A stretch of 64,000 nt of DNA, taken from Nemertoderma westbladi. Lineage: Eukaryota > Animalia > Xenacoelomorpha. Shown here piece after piece: positions 27,401-42,400 of this stretch. Numbering within the stretch: the stretch's first letter is position 1; the number at the start of each line of letters is the position of its first letter. The stretch is from assembly GCA_032718475.1 (NCBI GenBank), contig JAUCBJ010001096.1:1-64000 (forward strand). The letters run 5' to 3'. Under the pieces are notes generated by a model. It searched no databases and was not told the origin of the DNA. It was given only the letters and a program-made list of their open reading frames with translations. Both the position numbers and the translations under genes were made by a program.

Positions 27401-30400
27401 TGCAATAACTATTTTTCTCTTTCACAGTTGTATGGCTATTCCGTATACAATAACTATTTTTCTCTTTCACAGTTGTATGTATGTCTATTCCGTATGCAAT
27501 AACTAACTTTCACTTTCACAGTTGTATGGCTATTCCGTTTGCAATAACTAACTTTCACTTTCACAGTTGTATGGCTATTCCGTATGCAATAACTAACTTT
27601 CACTTTCACAGTTGTATAACTATTCCGTATGCAATAACTAACTTTCACTTTCACAGTTGTATGGCTATTCCGTATGCAATAACTATTTTTCTCTTTCACA
27701 GTTGTATAACTATTCCGTATGCAATAACTAACTTTCACTTTCACAGTTGTATGGGTATTCCGTATGCAATAACTAACTTTCACTTTCACAGTTGTATGGC
27801 TATTCCGTATGCAATAACTATTTTTCTCTTTCACAGTTGTATAACTATTCCGTATGCAATAACTAACTTTCACTTTCACAGTTGTATGGGTATTCCGTAT
27901 GCAATAACTAACTTTCACTTTCACAGTTGTATGGCTATTCCGTATGCAATAACTAACTTTCACTTTCACAGTTGTATAACTATTCCGTATGCAATAACTA
28001 ACTTTCACTTTCACAGTTGTATGGCTATTCCGTATGCAATAACTATTTTTCTCTTTCACAGTTGTATAACTATTCCGTATGCAATAACTAACTTTCACTT
28101 TCACAGTTGTATGGGTATTCCGTATGCAATAACTAACTTTCACTTTCACAGTTGTATGGCTATTCCGTATGCAATAACTATTTTTCTCTTTCACAGTTGT
28201 ATAACTATTCCGTATGCAATAACTAACTTTCACTTTCACAGTTGTATGGGTATTCCGTATGCAATAACTAACTTTCACTTTCACAGTTGTATGGCTATTC
28301 CGTATGCAATAACTAACTTTCACTTTCACAGTTGTATAACTATTCCGTATGCAATAACTAACTTTCACTTTCACAGTTGTATGGCTATTCCGTATGCAAT
28401 AACTATTTTTCTCTTTCACAGTTGTATAACTATTCCGTATGCAATAACTAACTTTCACTTTCACAGTTGTATGGGTATTCCGTATGCAATAACTAACTTT
28501 CACTTTCACAGTTGTATGGCTATTCCGTATGCAATAACTATTTTTCTCTTTCACAGTTGTATGGCTATTCCGTATGCAATAACTATTTTTCTCTTTCACA
28601 GTTGTATGGCTATTCCGTATGCAATAACTAACTTTCACTTTCACAGTTTTATGTCTATTCCGTATACAATAACTATTTTTCTCTTTCACAGTTGTATGGC
28701 TATTCCGTATGCAATAACTATTTTTCTCTTTCACAGTTGTATGGCTATTCCGTATGCAATAACTAACTTTCACTTTCACAGTTTTATGGCTATTCCGTAT
28801 GCAATAACTATTTTTCTCTTTCACAGTTGTATGGCTATTCCGTATGCAATAACTAACTTTCACTTTCACAGTTTTATGGCTATTCCGTATGCAATAACTA
28901 TTTTTCTCTTTCACAGTTGTATGGCTATTCCGTATGCAATAACTAACTTTCACTTTCACAGTTTTATGGCTATTCCGTATGCAATAACTAACTTTCACTT
29001 TCACAGTTGTATGGCTATTCCGTATGCAATAACTATTTTTCTCTTTCACAGTTGTATGGCTATTCCGTATGCAATAACTATTTTTCTCTTTCACAGTTGT
29101 ATGGCTATTCCGTATGCAATAACTAACTTTCACTTTCACAGTTTTATGGCTATTCCGTATGCAATAACTAACTTTCACTTTCACAGTTGTATGGCTATTC
29201 CGTATGCAATAACTAACTTTCACTTTCACAGTTTTATGGCTATTCCGTATGCAATAACTATTTTTCTCTTTCACAGTTGTATGGCTATTCCGTATGCAAT
29301 AACTAACTTTCACTTTCACAGTTTTATGGCTATTCCGTATGCAATAACTATTTTTCTCTTTCACAGTTGTATGGCTATTCCGTATGCAATAACTAACTTT
29401 CACTTTCACAGTTTTATGGCTATTCCGTATGCAATAACTATTTTTCTCTTTCACAGTTGTATGGCTATTCCGTATGCAATAACTAACTTTCACTTTCACA
29501 GTTTTATGGCTATTCCGTATGCAATAACTAACTTTCACTTTCACAGTTGTATGGCTATTCCGTATGCAATAACTATTTTTCTCTTTCACAGTTGTATGGC
29601 TATTCCGTATGCAATAACTAACTTTCACTTTCACAGTTTTATGGCTATTCCGTATGCAATAACTATTTTTCTCTTTCACAGTTGTATGGCTATTCCGTAT
29701 GCAATAACTAACTTTCACTTTCACAGTTTTATGGCTATTCCGTATGCAATAACTAACTTTCACTTTCACAGTTGTATGGCTATTCCGTATGCAATAACTA
29801 ACTTTCACTTTCACAGTTGTATGGGTATTCCGTATGCAATAACTAACTTTCACTTTCACAGTTTTATGGCTATTCCGTATGCAATAACTAACTTTCACTT
29901 TCACAGTTTTATGGCTATTCCGTATGCAATAACTATTTTTCTCTTTCACAGTTGTAAGGCTATTCCGTATGCAATAACTAACTTTCACTTTCACAGTTTT
30001 ATGGCTATTCCGTATGCAATAACTATTTTTCTCTTTCACAGTTGTATAACTATTCCGTATGCAATAACTAACTTTCACTTTCACAGTTTTATGGCTATTC
30101 CGTATGCAATAACTAACTTTCACTTTCACAGTTGTATGGCTATTCCGTATGCAATAACTAACTTTCACTTTCACAGTTGTATGGGTATTCCGTATGCAAT
30201 AACTAACTTTCACTTTCACAGTTTTATGGCTATTCCGTATGCAATAACTAACTTTCACTTTCACAGTTTTATGGCTATTCCGTATGCAATAACTATTTTT
30301 CTCTTTCACAGTTGTAAGGCTATTCCGTATGCAATAACTAACTTTCACTTTCACAGTTGTATTGCTATTCCGTATGCAATAACTAACTTTCACTTTCACA

Positions 30401-33400
30401 GTTGTATGGGTATTCCGTATGCAATAACTAACTTTCACTTTCACAGTTTTATGGCTATTCCGTATGCAATAACTAACTTTCACTTTCACAGTTTTATGGC
30501 TATTCCGTATGCAATAACTATTTTTCTCTTTCACAGTTGTAAGGCTATTCCGTATGCAATAACTAACTTTCACTTTCACAGTTTTATGGCTATTCCGTAT
30601 GCAATAACTATTTTTCTCTTTCACAGTTGTAAGGCTATTCCGTATGCAATAACTAACTTTCACTTTCACAGTTGTATGGCTATTCCGTATGTAATAACTA
30701 ACTTTCACTTTCACAGTTTTATGGCTATTCCGTATGCAATAACTAACTTTCACTTTCACAGTTGTATGGCTATTCCGTATGTAATAACTAACTTTCACTT
30801 TCACAGTTTTATGGCTATTCCGTATGCAATAACTATTTTTCTCTTTCACAGTTGTATGGCTATTCCGTATGTAATAACTAACTTTCACTTTCACAGTTGT
30901 ATTGCTATTCCGTATGCAATAACTAACTTTCACTTTCACAGTTTTATGGCTATTCCGTATGCAATAACTATTTTTCTCTTTCACAGTTGTAAGGCTATTC
31001 CGTATGCAATAACTAACTTTCACTTTCACAGTTTTATGGCTATTCCGTATGCAATAACTATTTTTCTCTTTCACAGTTGTAAGGCTATTCCGTATGCAAT
31101 AACTAACTTTCACTTTCACAGTTGTATGGCTATTCCGTATGTAATAACTAACTTTCACTTTCACAGTTTTATGGCTATTCCGTATGCAATAACTATTTTT
31201 CTCTTTCACAGTTGTAAGGCTATTCCGTATGCAATAACTAACTTTCACTTTCACAGTTGTATGGGTATTCCGTATGCAATAACTAACTTTCACTTTCACA
31301 GTTTTATGGCTATTCCGTATGCAATAACTAACTTTCACTTTCACAGTTTTATGGCTATTCCGTATGCAATAACTATTTTTCTCTTTCACAGTTGTAAGGC
31401 TATTCCGTATGCAATAACTAACTTTCACTTTCACAGTTTTATGGCTATTCCGTATGCAATAACTATTTTTCTCTTTCACAGTTGTATGGCTATTCCGTAT
31501 GTAATAACTAACTTTCACTTTCACAGTTGTATTGCTATTCCGTATGCAATAACTAACTTTCACTTTCACAGTTTTATGGCTATTCCGTATGCAATAACTA
31601 TTTTTCTCTTTCACAGTTGTAAGGCTATTCCGTATGCAATAACTAACTTTCACTTTCACAGTTTTATGGCTATTCCGTATGCAATAACTATTTTTCTCTT
31701 TCACAGTTGTAAGGCTATTCCGTATGCAATAACTAACTTTCACTTTCACAGTTGTATGGCTATTCCGTATGTAATAACTAACTTTCACTTTCACAGTTTT
31801 ATGGCTATTCCGTATGCAATAACTATTTTTCTCTTTCACAGTTGTAAGGCTATTCCGTATGCAATAACTAACTTTCACTTTCACAGTTGTATGGCTATTC
31901 CGTATGTAATAACTAACTTTCACTTTCACAGTTTTATGGCTATTCCGTATGCAATAACTATTTTTCTCTTTCACAGTTGTAAGGCTATTCCGTATGCAAT
32001 AACTAACTTTCACTTTCACAGTTGTATGGGTATTCCGTATGCAATAACTAACTTTCACTTTCACAGTTTTATGGCTATTCCGTATGCAATAACTAACTTT
32101 CACTTTCACAGTTTTATGGCTATTCCGTATGCAATAACTATTTTTCTCTTTCACAGTTGTAAGGCTATTCCGTATGCAATAACTAACTTTCACTTTCACA
32201 GTTTTATGGCTATTCCGTATGCAATAACTATTTTTCTCTTTCACAGTTGTAAGGCTATTCCGTATGCAATAACTAACTTTCACTTTCACAGTTGTATGGC
32301 TATTCCGTATGTAATAACTAACTTTCACTTTCACAGTTTTATGGCTATTCCGTATGCAATAACTAACTTTCACTTTCACAGTTGTATGGCTATTCCGTAT
32401 GTAATAACTAACTTTCACTTTCACAGTTTTATGGCTATTCCGTATGCAATAACTATTTTTCTCTTTCACAGTTGTATGGCTATTCCGTATGTAATAACTA
32501 ACTTTCACTTTCACAGTTGTATTGCTATTCCGTATGCAATAACTAACTTTCACTTTCACAGTTTTATGGCTATTCCGTATGCAATAACTATTTTTCTCTT
32601 TCACAGTTGTAAGGCTATTCCGTATGCAATAACTAACTTTCACTTTCACAGTTTTATGGCTATTCCGTATGCAATAACTATTTTTCTCTTTCACAGTTGT
32701 AAGGCTATTCCGTATGCAATAACTAACTTTCACTTTCACAGTTGTATGGCTATTCCGTATGTAATAACTAACTTTCACTTTCACAGTTTTATGGCTATTC
32801 CGTATGCAATAACTATTTTTCTCTTTCACAGTTGTAAGGCTATTCCGTATGCAATAACTAACTTTCACTTTCACAGTTGTATGGGTATTCCGTATGCAAT
32901 AACTAACTTTCACTTTCACAGTTTTATGGCTATTCCGTATGCAATAACTAACTTTCACTTTCACAGTTTTATGGCTATTCCGTATGCAATAACTATTTTT
33001 CTCTTTCACAGTTGTAAGGCTATTCCGTATGCAATAACTAACTTTCACTTTCACAGTTTTATGGCTATTCCGTATACAATAACTATTTTTCTCTTTCACA
33101 GTTGTAAGGCTATTCCGTATGCAATAACTAACATTCACTTTCACAGTTGTATGGCTATTCCATTGCAATAACTAACTTTCACTTTCACAGTTTTATGGCT
33201 ATTCCGTATGCAATAACTATTTTTCTCTTTCACAGTTGTAAGGCTATTCCGTATGCAATAACTAACTTTCACTTTCACAGTTGTATTGCTATTCCGTATG
33301 CAATAACTAACTTTCACTTTCACAGTTGTATGTCTATTCCGTATGCAATAACTAACATTCACTTTCACAGTTGTATGGCTATTCCATTGCAATAACTAAC

Positions 33401-36400
33401 TTTCACTTTCACAGTTGTATGGCTATTCCGTATGCAATAACTATTTTTCTCTTTCACAGTTTTATGGCTATTCCGTATGCAATAACTATTTTTCTCTTTC
33501 ACAGTTGTAAGGCTATTCCGTATGCAATAACTAACTTTCACTTTCACAGTTGTATTGCTATTCCGTATGCAATAACTAACTTTCACTTTCACAGTTGTAT
33601 GGGTATTCCGTATGCAATAACTAACTTTCACTTTCACAGTTTTATGGCTATTCCGTATGCAATAACTAACTTTCACTTTCACAGTTTTATGGCTATTCCG
33701 TATGCAATAACTATTTTTCTCTTTCACAGTTGTAAGGCTATTCCGTATGCAATAACTAACTTTCACTTTCACAGTTTTATGGCTATTCCGTATGCAATAA
33801 CTAACTTTCACTTTCACAGTTTTATGGCTATTCCGTATGCAATAACTATTTTTCTCTTTCACAGTTGTAAGGCTATTCCGTATGCAATAACTAACTTTCA
33901 CTTTCACAGTTTTATGGCTATTCCGTATGCAATAACTAACTTTCACTTTCACAGTTTTATGGCTATTCCGTATGCAATAACTAACTTTCACTTTCACAGT
34001 TTTATGGCTATTCCGTATGCAATAACTAACTTTCACTTTCACAGTTTTATGGCTATTCCGTATGCAATAACTATTTTTCTCTTTCACAGTTGTATGGCTA
34101 TTCCGTATGCAATAACTAACTTTCACTTTCACAGTTTTATGGCTATTCCGTATGCAATAACTATTTTTCTCTTTCACAGTTGTATGGCTATTCCGTATGC
34201 AATAACTAACTTTCACTTTCACAGTTTTATGGCTATTCCGTATGCAATAACTAACTTTCACTTTCACAGTTTTATGGCTATTCCGTATGCAATAACTAAC
34301 TTTCACTTTCACAGTTTTATGGCTATTCCGTATGCAATAACTATTTTTCTCTTTCACAGTTGTATGGCTATTCCGTATGCAATAACTAACTTTCACTTTC
34401 ACAGTTTTATGGCTATTCCGTATGCAATAACTAACTTTCACTTTCACAGTTTTATGGCTATTCCGTATGCAATAACTAACTTTCACTTTCACAGTTTTAT
34501 GGCTATTCCGTATGCAATAACTATTTTTCTCTTTCACAGTTGTATGGCTATTCCGTATGCAATAACTATTTTTCTCTTTCACAGTTGTATAACTATTCCG
34601 TATGCAATAACTATTTTTCTCTTTCACAGTTGTAAGGCTATTCCGTATGCAATAACTAACTTTCACTTTCACAGTTGTATGGCTATTCCGTATGCAATAA
34701 CTAACTTTCACTTTCACAGTTGTATGGCTATTCCGTATGCAATAACTAACTTTCACTTTCACAGTTGTATGGCTATTCCGTATGCAATAACTATTTTTCT
34801 CTTTCACAGTTGTAAGGCTATTCCGTATGCAATAACTAACTTTCACTTTCACAGTTGTATGGCTATTCCGTATGCAATAACTAACTTTCACTTTCACAGT
34901 TGTATGGCTATTCCGTATGCAATAACTAACTTTCACTTTCACAGTTTTATGGCTATTCCGTATGCAATAACTATTTTTCTCTTTCACAGTTGTATAACTA
35001 TTCCGTATGCAATAACTAACTTTCACTTTCACAGTTGTATGGGTATTCCGTATGCAATAACTAACTTTCACTTTCACAGTTTTATGGCTATTCCGTATGC
35101 AATAACTATTTTTCTCTTTCACAGTTGTAAGGCTATTCCGTATGCAATAACTATTTTTCTCTTTCACAGTTGTATAACTATTCCGTATGCAATAACTAAC
35201 TTTCACTTTCACAGTTGTATGGGTATTCCGTATGCAATAACTAACTTTCACTTTCACAGTTATATGGCTATTCCGTATGCAATAACTATTTTTCTCTTTC
35301 ACAGTTGTATAACTATTCCGTATGCAATAACTAACTTTCACTTTCACAGTTGTATGGGTATTCCGTATGCAATAACTAACTTTCACTTTCACAGTTATAT
35401 GGCTATTCCGTATGCAATAACTATTTTTCTCTTTCACAGTTGTATGTCTATTCCGTATACAATAACTAACTTTCACTTTCACAGTTGTATGGCTATTCCG
35501 TATGCAATAACTATTTTTCTCTTTCACAGTTGTATAACTATTCCGTATGCAATAACTAACTTTCACTTTCACAGTTGTATGGGTATTCCGTATGCAATAA
35601 CTAACTTTCACTTTCACAGTTGTATGGCTATTCCGTATGCAATAACTATTTTTCTCTTTCACAGTTGTATGGCTATTCCGTATGCAATAACTATTTTTCT
35701 CTTTCACAGTTGTATAACTATTCCGTATGCAATAACTAACTTTCACTTTCACAGTTGTATGGGTATTCCGTATGCAATAACTAACTTTCACTTTCACAGT
35801 TATATGGCTATTCCGTATGCAATAACTAACTTTCACTTTCACAGTTGTATGTATGGCTATTCTGTATGCAATAACTATTTTTCACTTTCACAGTTGTATG
35901 GCTATTCCGTATGCAATAACTAACTTTCACTTTCACAGTTTTATGGCTATTCCGTATGCAATAACTAACTTTCACTTTCACAGTTGTATGGCTATTCCGT
36001 ATGCAATAACTAACTTTCACTTTCACAGTTGTATGGCTATTCCGTATGCAATAACTAACTTTCACTTTCACAGTTGTATGGCTATTCCGTATGCAATAAC
36101 TAACTTTCACTTTTACAGTAGTAAGGCTATTCCGTATGCAATAACTAACTTTCACTTTCACAGTTGTATGGCTATTCCGTATGCAATAACTAACTTTCAC
36201 TTTCACAGTTGTATGGCTATTCCGTATGCAATAACTAACTTTCACTTTCACAGTTGTATGGCTATTCCGTATGCAATAACTAACTTTCACTTTCACAGTT
36301 ATATGGCTATTCCGTATGCAATAACTATTTTTCTCTTTCACAGTTGTAAGGCTATTCCGTATGCAATAACTAACTTTCACTTTCACAGTTGTAAGGCTAT

Positions 36401-39400
36401 TCCGTATGCAATAACTAACTTTCACTTTCACAGTTGTATGGCTATTCCGTATGCAATAACTAACTTTCACTTTCACAGTTGTATGGGTATTCCGTATGCA
36501 ATAACTATTTTTCTCTTTCACAGTTGTAAGGCTATTCCGTATGCAATAACTAACTTTCACTTTCACAGTTGTATGGCTATTCCGTATGCAATAACTAACT
36601 TTCACTTTCACAGTTGTATGGCTATTCCGTATGCAATAACTAACTTTCACTTTTACAGTAGTAAGGCTATTCCGTATGCAATAACTAACTTTCACTTTCA
36701 CAGTTGTATGGCTATTCCGTATGCAATAACTAACTTTCACTTTCACAGTTGTATGGCTATTCCGTATGCAATAACTAACTTTCACTTTCACAGTTGTATG
36801 GCTATTCCGTATGCAATAACTAACTTTCACTTTCACAGTTGTATGGCTATTCCGTATGCAATAACTAACTTTCACTTTCACAGTTATATGGCTATTCCGT
36901 ATGCAATAACTATTTTTCTCTTTCACAGTTGTAAGGCTATTCCGTATGCAATAACTAACTTTCACTTTCACAGTTGTATGGCTATTCCGTATGCAATAAC
37001 TAACTTTCACTTTCACAGTTGTATGGCTATTCCGTATGCAATAACTAACTTTCACTTTTACAGTAGTAAGGCTATTCCGTATGCAATAACTAACTTTCAC
37101 TTTCACAGTTGTATGGCTATTCCGTATGCAATAACTAACTTTCACTTTCACAGTTGTATGGCTATTCCGTATGCAATAACTAACTTTCACTTTCACAGTT
37201 GTATGGCTATTCCGTATGCAATAACTAACTTTCACTTTCACAGTTGTATGGCTATTCCGTATGCAATAACTAACTTTCACTTTCACAGTTGTATGGCTAT
37301 TCCGTATGCAATAACTAACTTTCACTTTCACAGTTGTATGGCTATTCCGTATGCAATAACTAACTTTCACTTTCACAGTTATATGGCTATTCCGTATGCA
37401 ATAACTATTTTTCTCTTTCACAGTTGTAAGGCTATTCCGTATGCAATAACTAACTTTTACTTTCACAGTTGTATGGCTATTCCGTATGCAATAACTAACT
37501 TTCACTTTCACAGTTATATGGCTATTCCGTATGCAATAACTAACTTTCACTTTCAGAGTTGTATGTATGGCTATTCCGTATGCAATAACTAACTTTCACT
37601 TTCACAGTTGTATGGCTATTCCGTATGCAATAACTAACTTTCACTTTCACAGTTGTAAGGCTATTCCGTATGCAATAACTAACTTTCACTTTCACAGTTG
37701 TATGGCTATTCCGTATGCAATAACTATTTTTCTCTTTCACAGTTGTATGGCTATTCCGTATGCAATAACTATTTTTATCTTTCACAGTTGTATGGCTATT
37801 CCGTATGCAATAACTAACTTTCACTTTCACAGTTGTATGGCTATTCCGTATGCAATAACTAACTTTCACTTTCAGAGTTGTATGTATGGCTATTCCGTAT
37901 GCAATAACTAACTTTCACTTTCACAGTTGTATGGCTATTCCGTATGCTATAACTAACTTTCACTTTCAGAGTTGTATGTATGGCTATTCCGTATGCAATA
38001 ACTAACTTTCACTTTCAGAGTTGTATGTATGGCTATTCCGTATGCAATAACTAACTTTCACTTTCACAGTTGTATGGCTATTCCGTATGCAATAACTAAC
38101 TTTCACTTTCACAGTTGTATGGCTATTCCGTATGCAATAACTAACTTTCACTTTCAGAGTTGTATGTATGGCTATTCCGTATGCAATAACTAACTTTCAC
38201 TTTCACAGTTGTATGGCTATTCCGTATGCAATAACTAACTTTCACTTTCAGAGTTGTATGTATGGCTATTCCGTATGCAATAACTAACTTTCACTTTCAG
38301 AGTTGTATGTATGGCTATTCCGTATGCAATAACTAACTTTCACTTTCACAGTTGTATGGCTATTCCGTATGCAATAACTAACTTTCACTTTCACAGTTGT
38401 ATGGCTATTCCGTATGCAATAACTAACTTTCACTTTCACAGTTGTATGGCTATTCCGTATGCAATAACTAACTTTCACTTTCACAGTTGTATGGCTATTC
38501 CGTATGCAATAACTAACTTTCACTTTCACAGTTGTATGGCTATTCCGTATGCAATAACTAACTTTCACTTTCACAGTTGTATGTATGGCTATTCCGTATG
38601 CAATAACTAACTTTCACTTTCACAGTTGTATGTATGGCTATTCCGTATGCAATAACTAACTTTCTCTTTCACAGTTGTATGGCTATTCCGTATGCAATAA
38701 CTAACTTTCACTTTCACAGTTGTATGGCTATTCCGTATGCAATAACTAACTTTCACTTTCACAGTTGTATGGCTATTCCGTATGCAATAACTAACTTTCA
38801 CTTTCACAGTTGTATGGCTATTCCGTATGCAATAACTAACTTTCACTTTCACAGTTATATGGCTATTCCGTATGCAATAACTAACTTTCACTTTCACAGT
38901 TGTATGGCTATTCCGTATGCAATAACTAACTTTCACTTTCACAGTTGTATGGCTATTCCGTATGCAATAACTAACTTTCACTTTCACAGTTGTATGGCTA
39001 TTCCGTATGCAATAACTAACTTTCACTTTCACAGTTATATGGCTATTCCGTATGCAATAACTAACTTTCACTTTCACAGTTGTATGGCTATTCCGTATGC
39101 AATAACTAACTTTCACTTTCACAGTTGTATGGCTATTCCGTATGCAATAACTAACTTTCACTTTCACAGTTGTATGGCTATTCCGTATGCAATAACTAAC
39201 TTTCACTTTCACAGTTATATGGCTATTCCGTATGCAATAACTAACTTTCACTTTCACAGTTGTATGGCTATTCCGTATGCAATAACTAACTTTCACTTTC
39301 ACAGTTGTATGGCTATTCCGTATGCAATAACTAACTTTCACTTTCACAGTTGTATGGCTATTCCGTATGCAATAACTAACTTTCACTTTCACAGTTGTAT

Positions 39401-42400
39401 GGCTATTCCGTATGCAATAACTAACTTTCACTTTCACAGTTGTATGGCTATTCCGTATGCAATAACTAACTTTCACTTTCACAGTTGTATGGCTATTCCG
39501 TATGCAATAACTAACTTTCACTTTCACAGTTGTATGGCTATTCCGTATGCAATAACTAACTTTCACTTTCACAGTTGTATGGCTATTCCGTATGCAATAA
39601 CTAACTTTCACTTTCACAGTTGTATGGCTATTCCGTATGCAATAACTAACTTTCACTTTCACAGTTGTATGGCTATTCCGTATGCAATAACTAACTTTCA
39701 CTTTCACAGTTGTATGGCTATTCCGTATGCAATAACTAACTTTCACTTTCACAGTTGTATGGCTATTCCGTATGCAATAACTAACTTTCACTTTCACAGT
39801 TGTATGGCTATTCCGTATGCAATAACTAACTTTCACTTTCACAGTTGTATGGCTATTCCGTATGCAATAACTAACTTTCACTTTCACAGTTGATATGGCT
39901 ATTCCGTATGCAATAACTAACTTTCACTTTCACAGTTGTATGGCTATTCCGTATGCAATAACTAACTTTCACTTTCACAGTTGTATGGCTATTCCGTATG
40001 CAATAACTAACTTTCACTTTCACAGTTATATGGCTATTCCGTATGCAATAACTAACTTTCACTTTCACAGTTGTATGGCTATTCCGTATGCAATAACTAA
40101 CTTTCACTTTCACAGTTATATGGCTATTCCGTATGCAATAACTAACTTTCACTTTCACAGTTGTATGGCTATTCCGTATGCAATAACTAACTTTCACTTT
40201 CACAGTTATATGGCTATTCCGTATGCAATAACTAACTTTCACTTTCACAGTTATATGGCTATTCCGTATGCAATAACTAACTTTCACTTTCACAGTTGTA
40301 TGGCTATTCCGTATGCAATAACTAACTTTCACTTTCACAGTTATATGGCTATTCCGTATGCAATAACTAACTTTCACTTTCACAGTTGTATGGCTATTCC
40401 GTATGCAATAACTAACTTTCACTTTCACAGTTATATGGCTATTCCGTATGCAATAACTAACTTTCACTTTCACAGTTGTATGGCTATTCCGTATGCAATA
40501 ACTATCTTTCTCTTTCACAGTTGTATGGCTATTCCGTATGCAATAACTAACTTTCACTTTCACAGTTATATGGCTATTCCGTATGCAATAACTAACTTTC
40601 ACTTTCACAGTTGTATGGCTATTCCGTATGCAATAACTAACTTTCACTTTCACAGTTGATATGGCTATTCCGTATGCAATAACTAACTTTCACTTTCACA
40701 GTTGTATGGCTATTCCGTATGCAATAACTAACTTTCACTTTCACAGTTGTATGGCTATTCCGTATGCAATAACTAACTTTCACTTTCACAGTTGTATGGC
40801 TATTCCGTATGCAATAACTATTTTTCTCTTTCACAGTTGTATGGCTATTCCGTATGCAATAACTAACTTTCACTTTCACAGTTGTATGGCTATTCCGTAT
40901 GCAATAACTAACTTTCACTTTCACAGTTGTATGGCTATTCCGTATGCAATAACTAACTTTCACTTTCACAGTTGTATGGCTATTCCGTATGCAATAACTA
41001 ACTTTCACTTTCACAGTTGTATGGCTATTCCGTATGCAATAACTAACTTTCACTTTCACAGTTGTATGGCTATTCCGTATGCAATAACTAACTTTCACTT
41101 TCACAGTTGTATGGCTATTCCGTATGCAATAACTATCTTTCTCTTTCACAGTTGTAAGGCTATTCCGTATGCAATAACTAACTTTCACTTTCACAGTTGT
41201 ATGGCTATTCCGTATGCAATAACTAACTTTCACTTTCACAGTTGTATGGCTATTCCGTATGCAATAACTAACTTTCACTTTCACAGTTGTATGGCTATTC
41301 CGTATGCAATAACTAACTTTCACTTTCACAGTTGTATGGCTATTCCGTATGCAATAACTAACTTTCACTTTCACAGTTGTATGGCTATTCCGTATGCAAT
41401 AACTAACTTTCACTTTCACAGTTGTATGGCTATTCCGTATGCAATAACTAACTTTCACTTTCACAGTTGTATGGCTATTCCGTATGCAATAACTAACTTT
41501 CACTTTCACAGTTGTATGGCTATTCCGTATGCAATAACTAACTTTCTCTTTCACAGTTGTATGGCTATTCCGTATGCAATAACTAACTTTCACTTTCACA
41601 GTTGTATGGCTATTCCGTATGCAATAACTAACTTTCACTTTCACAGTTGTATGGCTATTCCGTATGCAATAACTAACTTTCACTTTCACAGTTGTATGGC
41701 TATTCCGTATGCAATAACTAACTTTCACTTTCACAGTTGTATGGCTATTCCGTATGCAATAACTAACTTTCACTTTCACAGTTGTATGGCTATTCCGTAT
41801 GCAATAACTAACTTTCACTTTCACAGTTGTATGGCTATTCCGTATGCAATAACTAACTTTCACTTTCACAGTTGTATGGCTATTCCGTATGCAATAACTA
41901 ACTTTCACTTTCACAGTTGTATGGCTATTCCGTATGCAATAACTAACTTTCTCTTTCACAGTTGTATGGCTATTCCGTATGCAATAACTAACTTTCACTT
42001 TCACAGTTGTATGGCTATTCCGTATGCAATAACTAACTTTCACTTTCACAGTTGTATGGCTATTCCGTATGCAATAACTAACTTTCACTTTCACAGTTGT
42101 ATGGCTATTCCGTATGCAATAACTAACTTTCACTTTCACAGTTGTATGGCTATTCCGTATGCAATAACTAACTTTCACTTTCACAGTTGTATGGCTATTC
42201 CGTATGCAATAACTAACTTTCACTTTCACAGTTGTATGGCTATTCCGTATGCAATAACTAACTTTCACTTTCACAGTTGTATGGCTATTCCGTATGCAAT
42301 AACTAACTTTCACTTTCACAGTTGTATGGCTATTCCGTATGCAATAACTAACTTTCACTTTCACAGTTGTATGGCTATTCCGTATGCAATAACTAACTTT

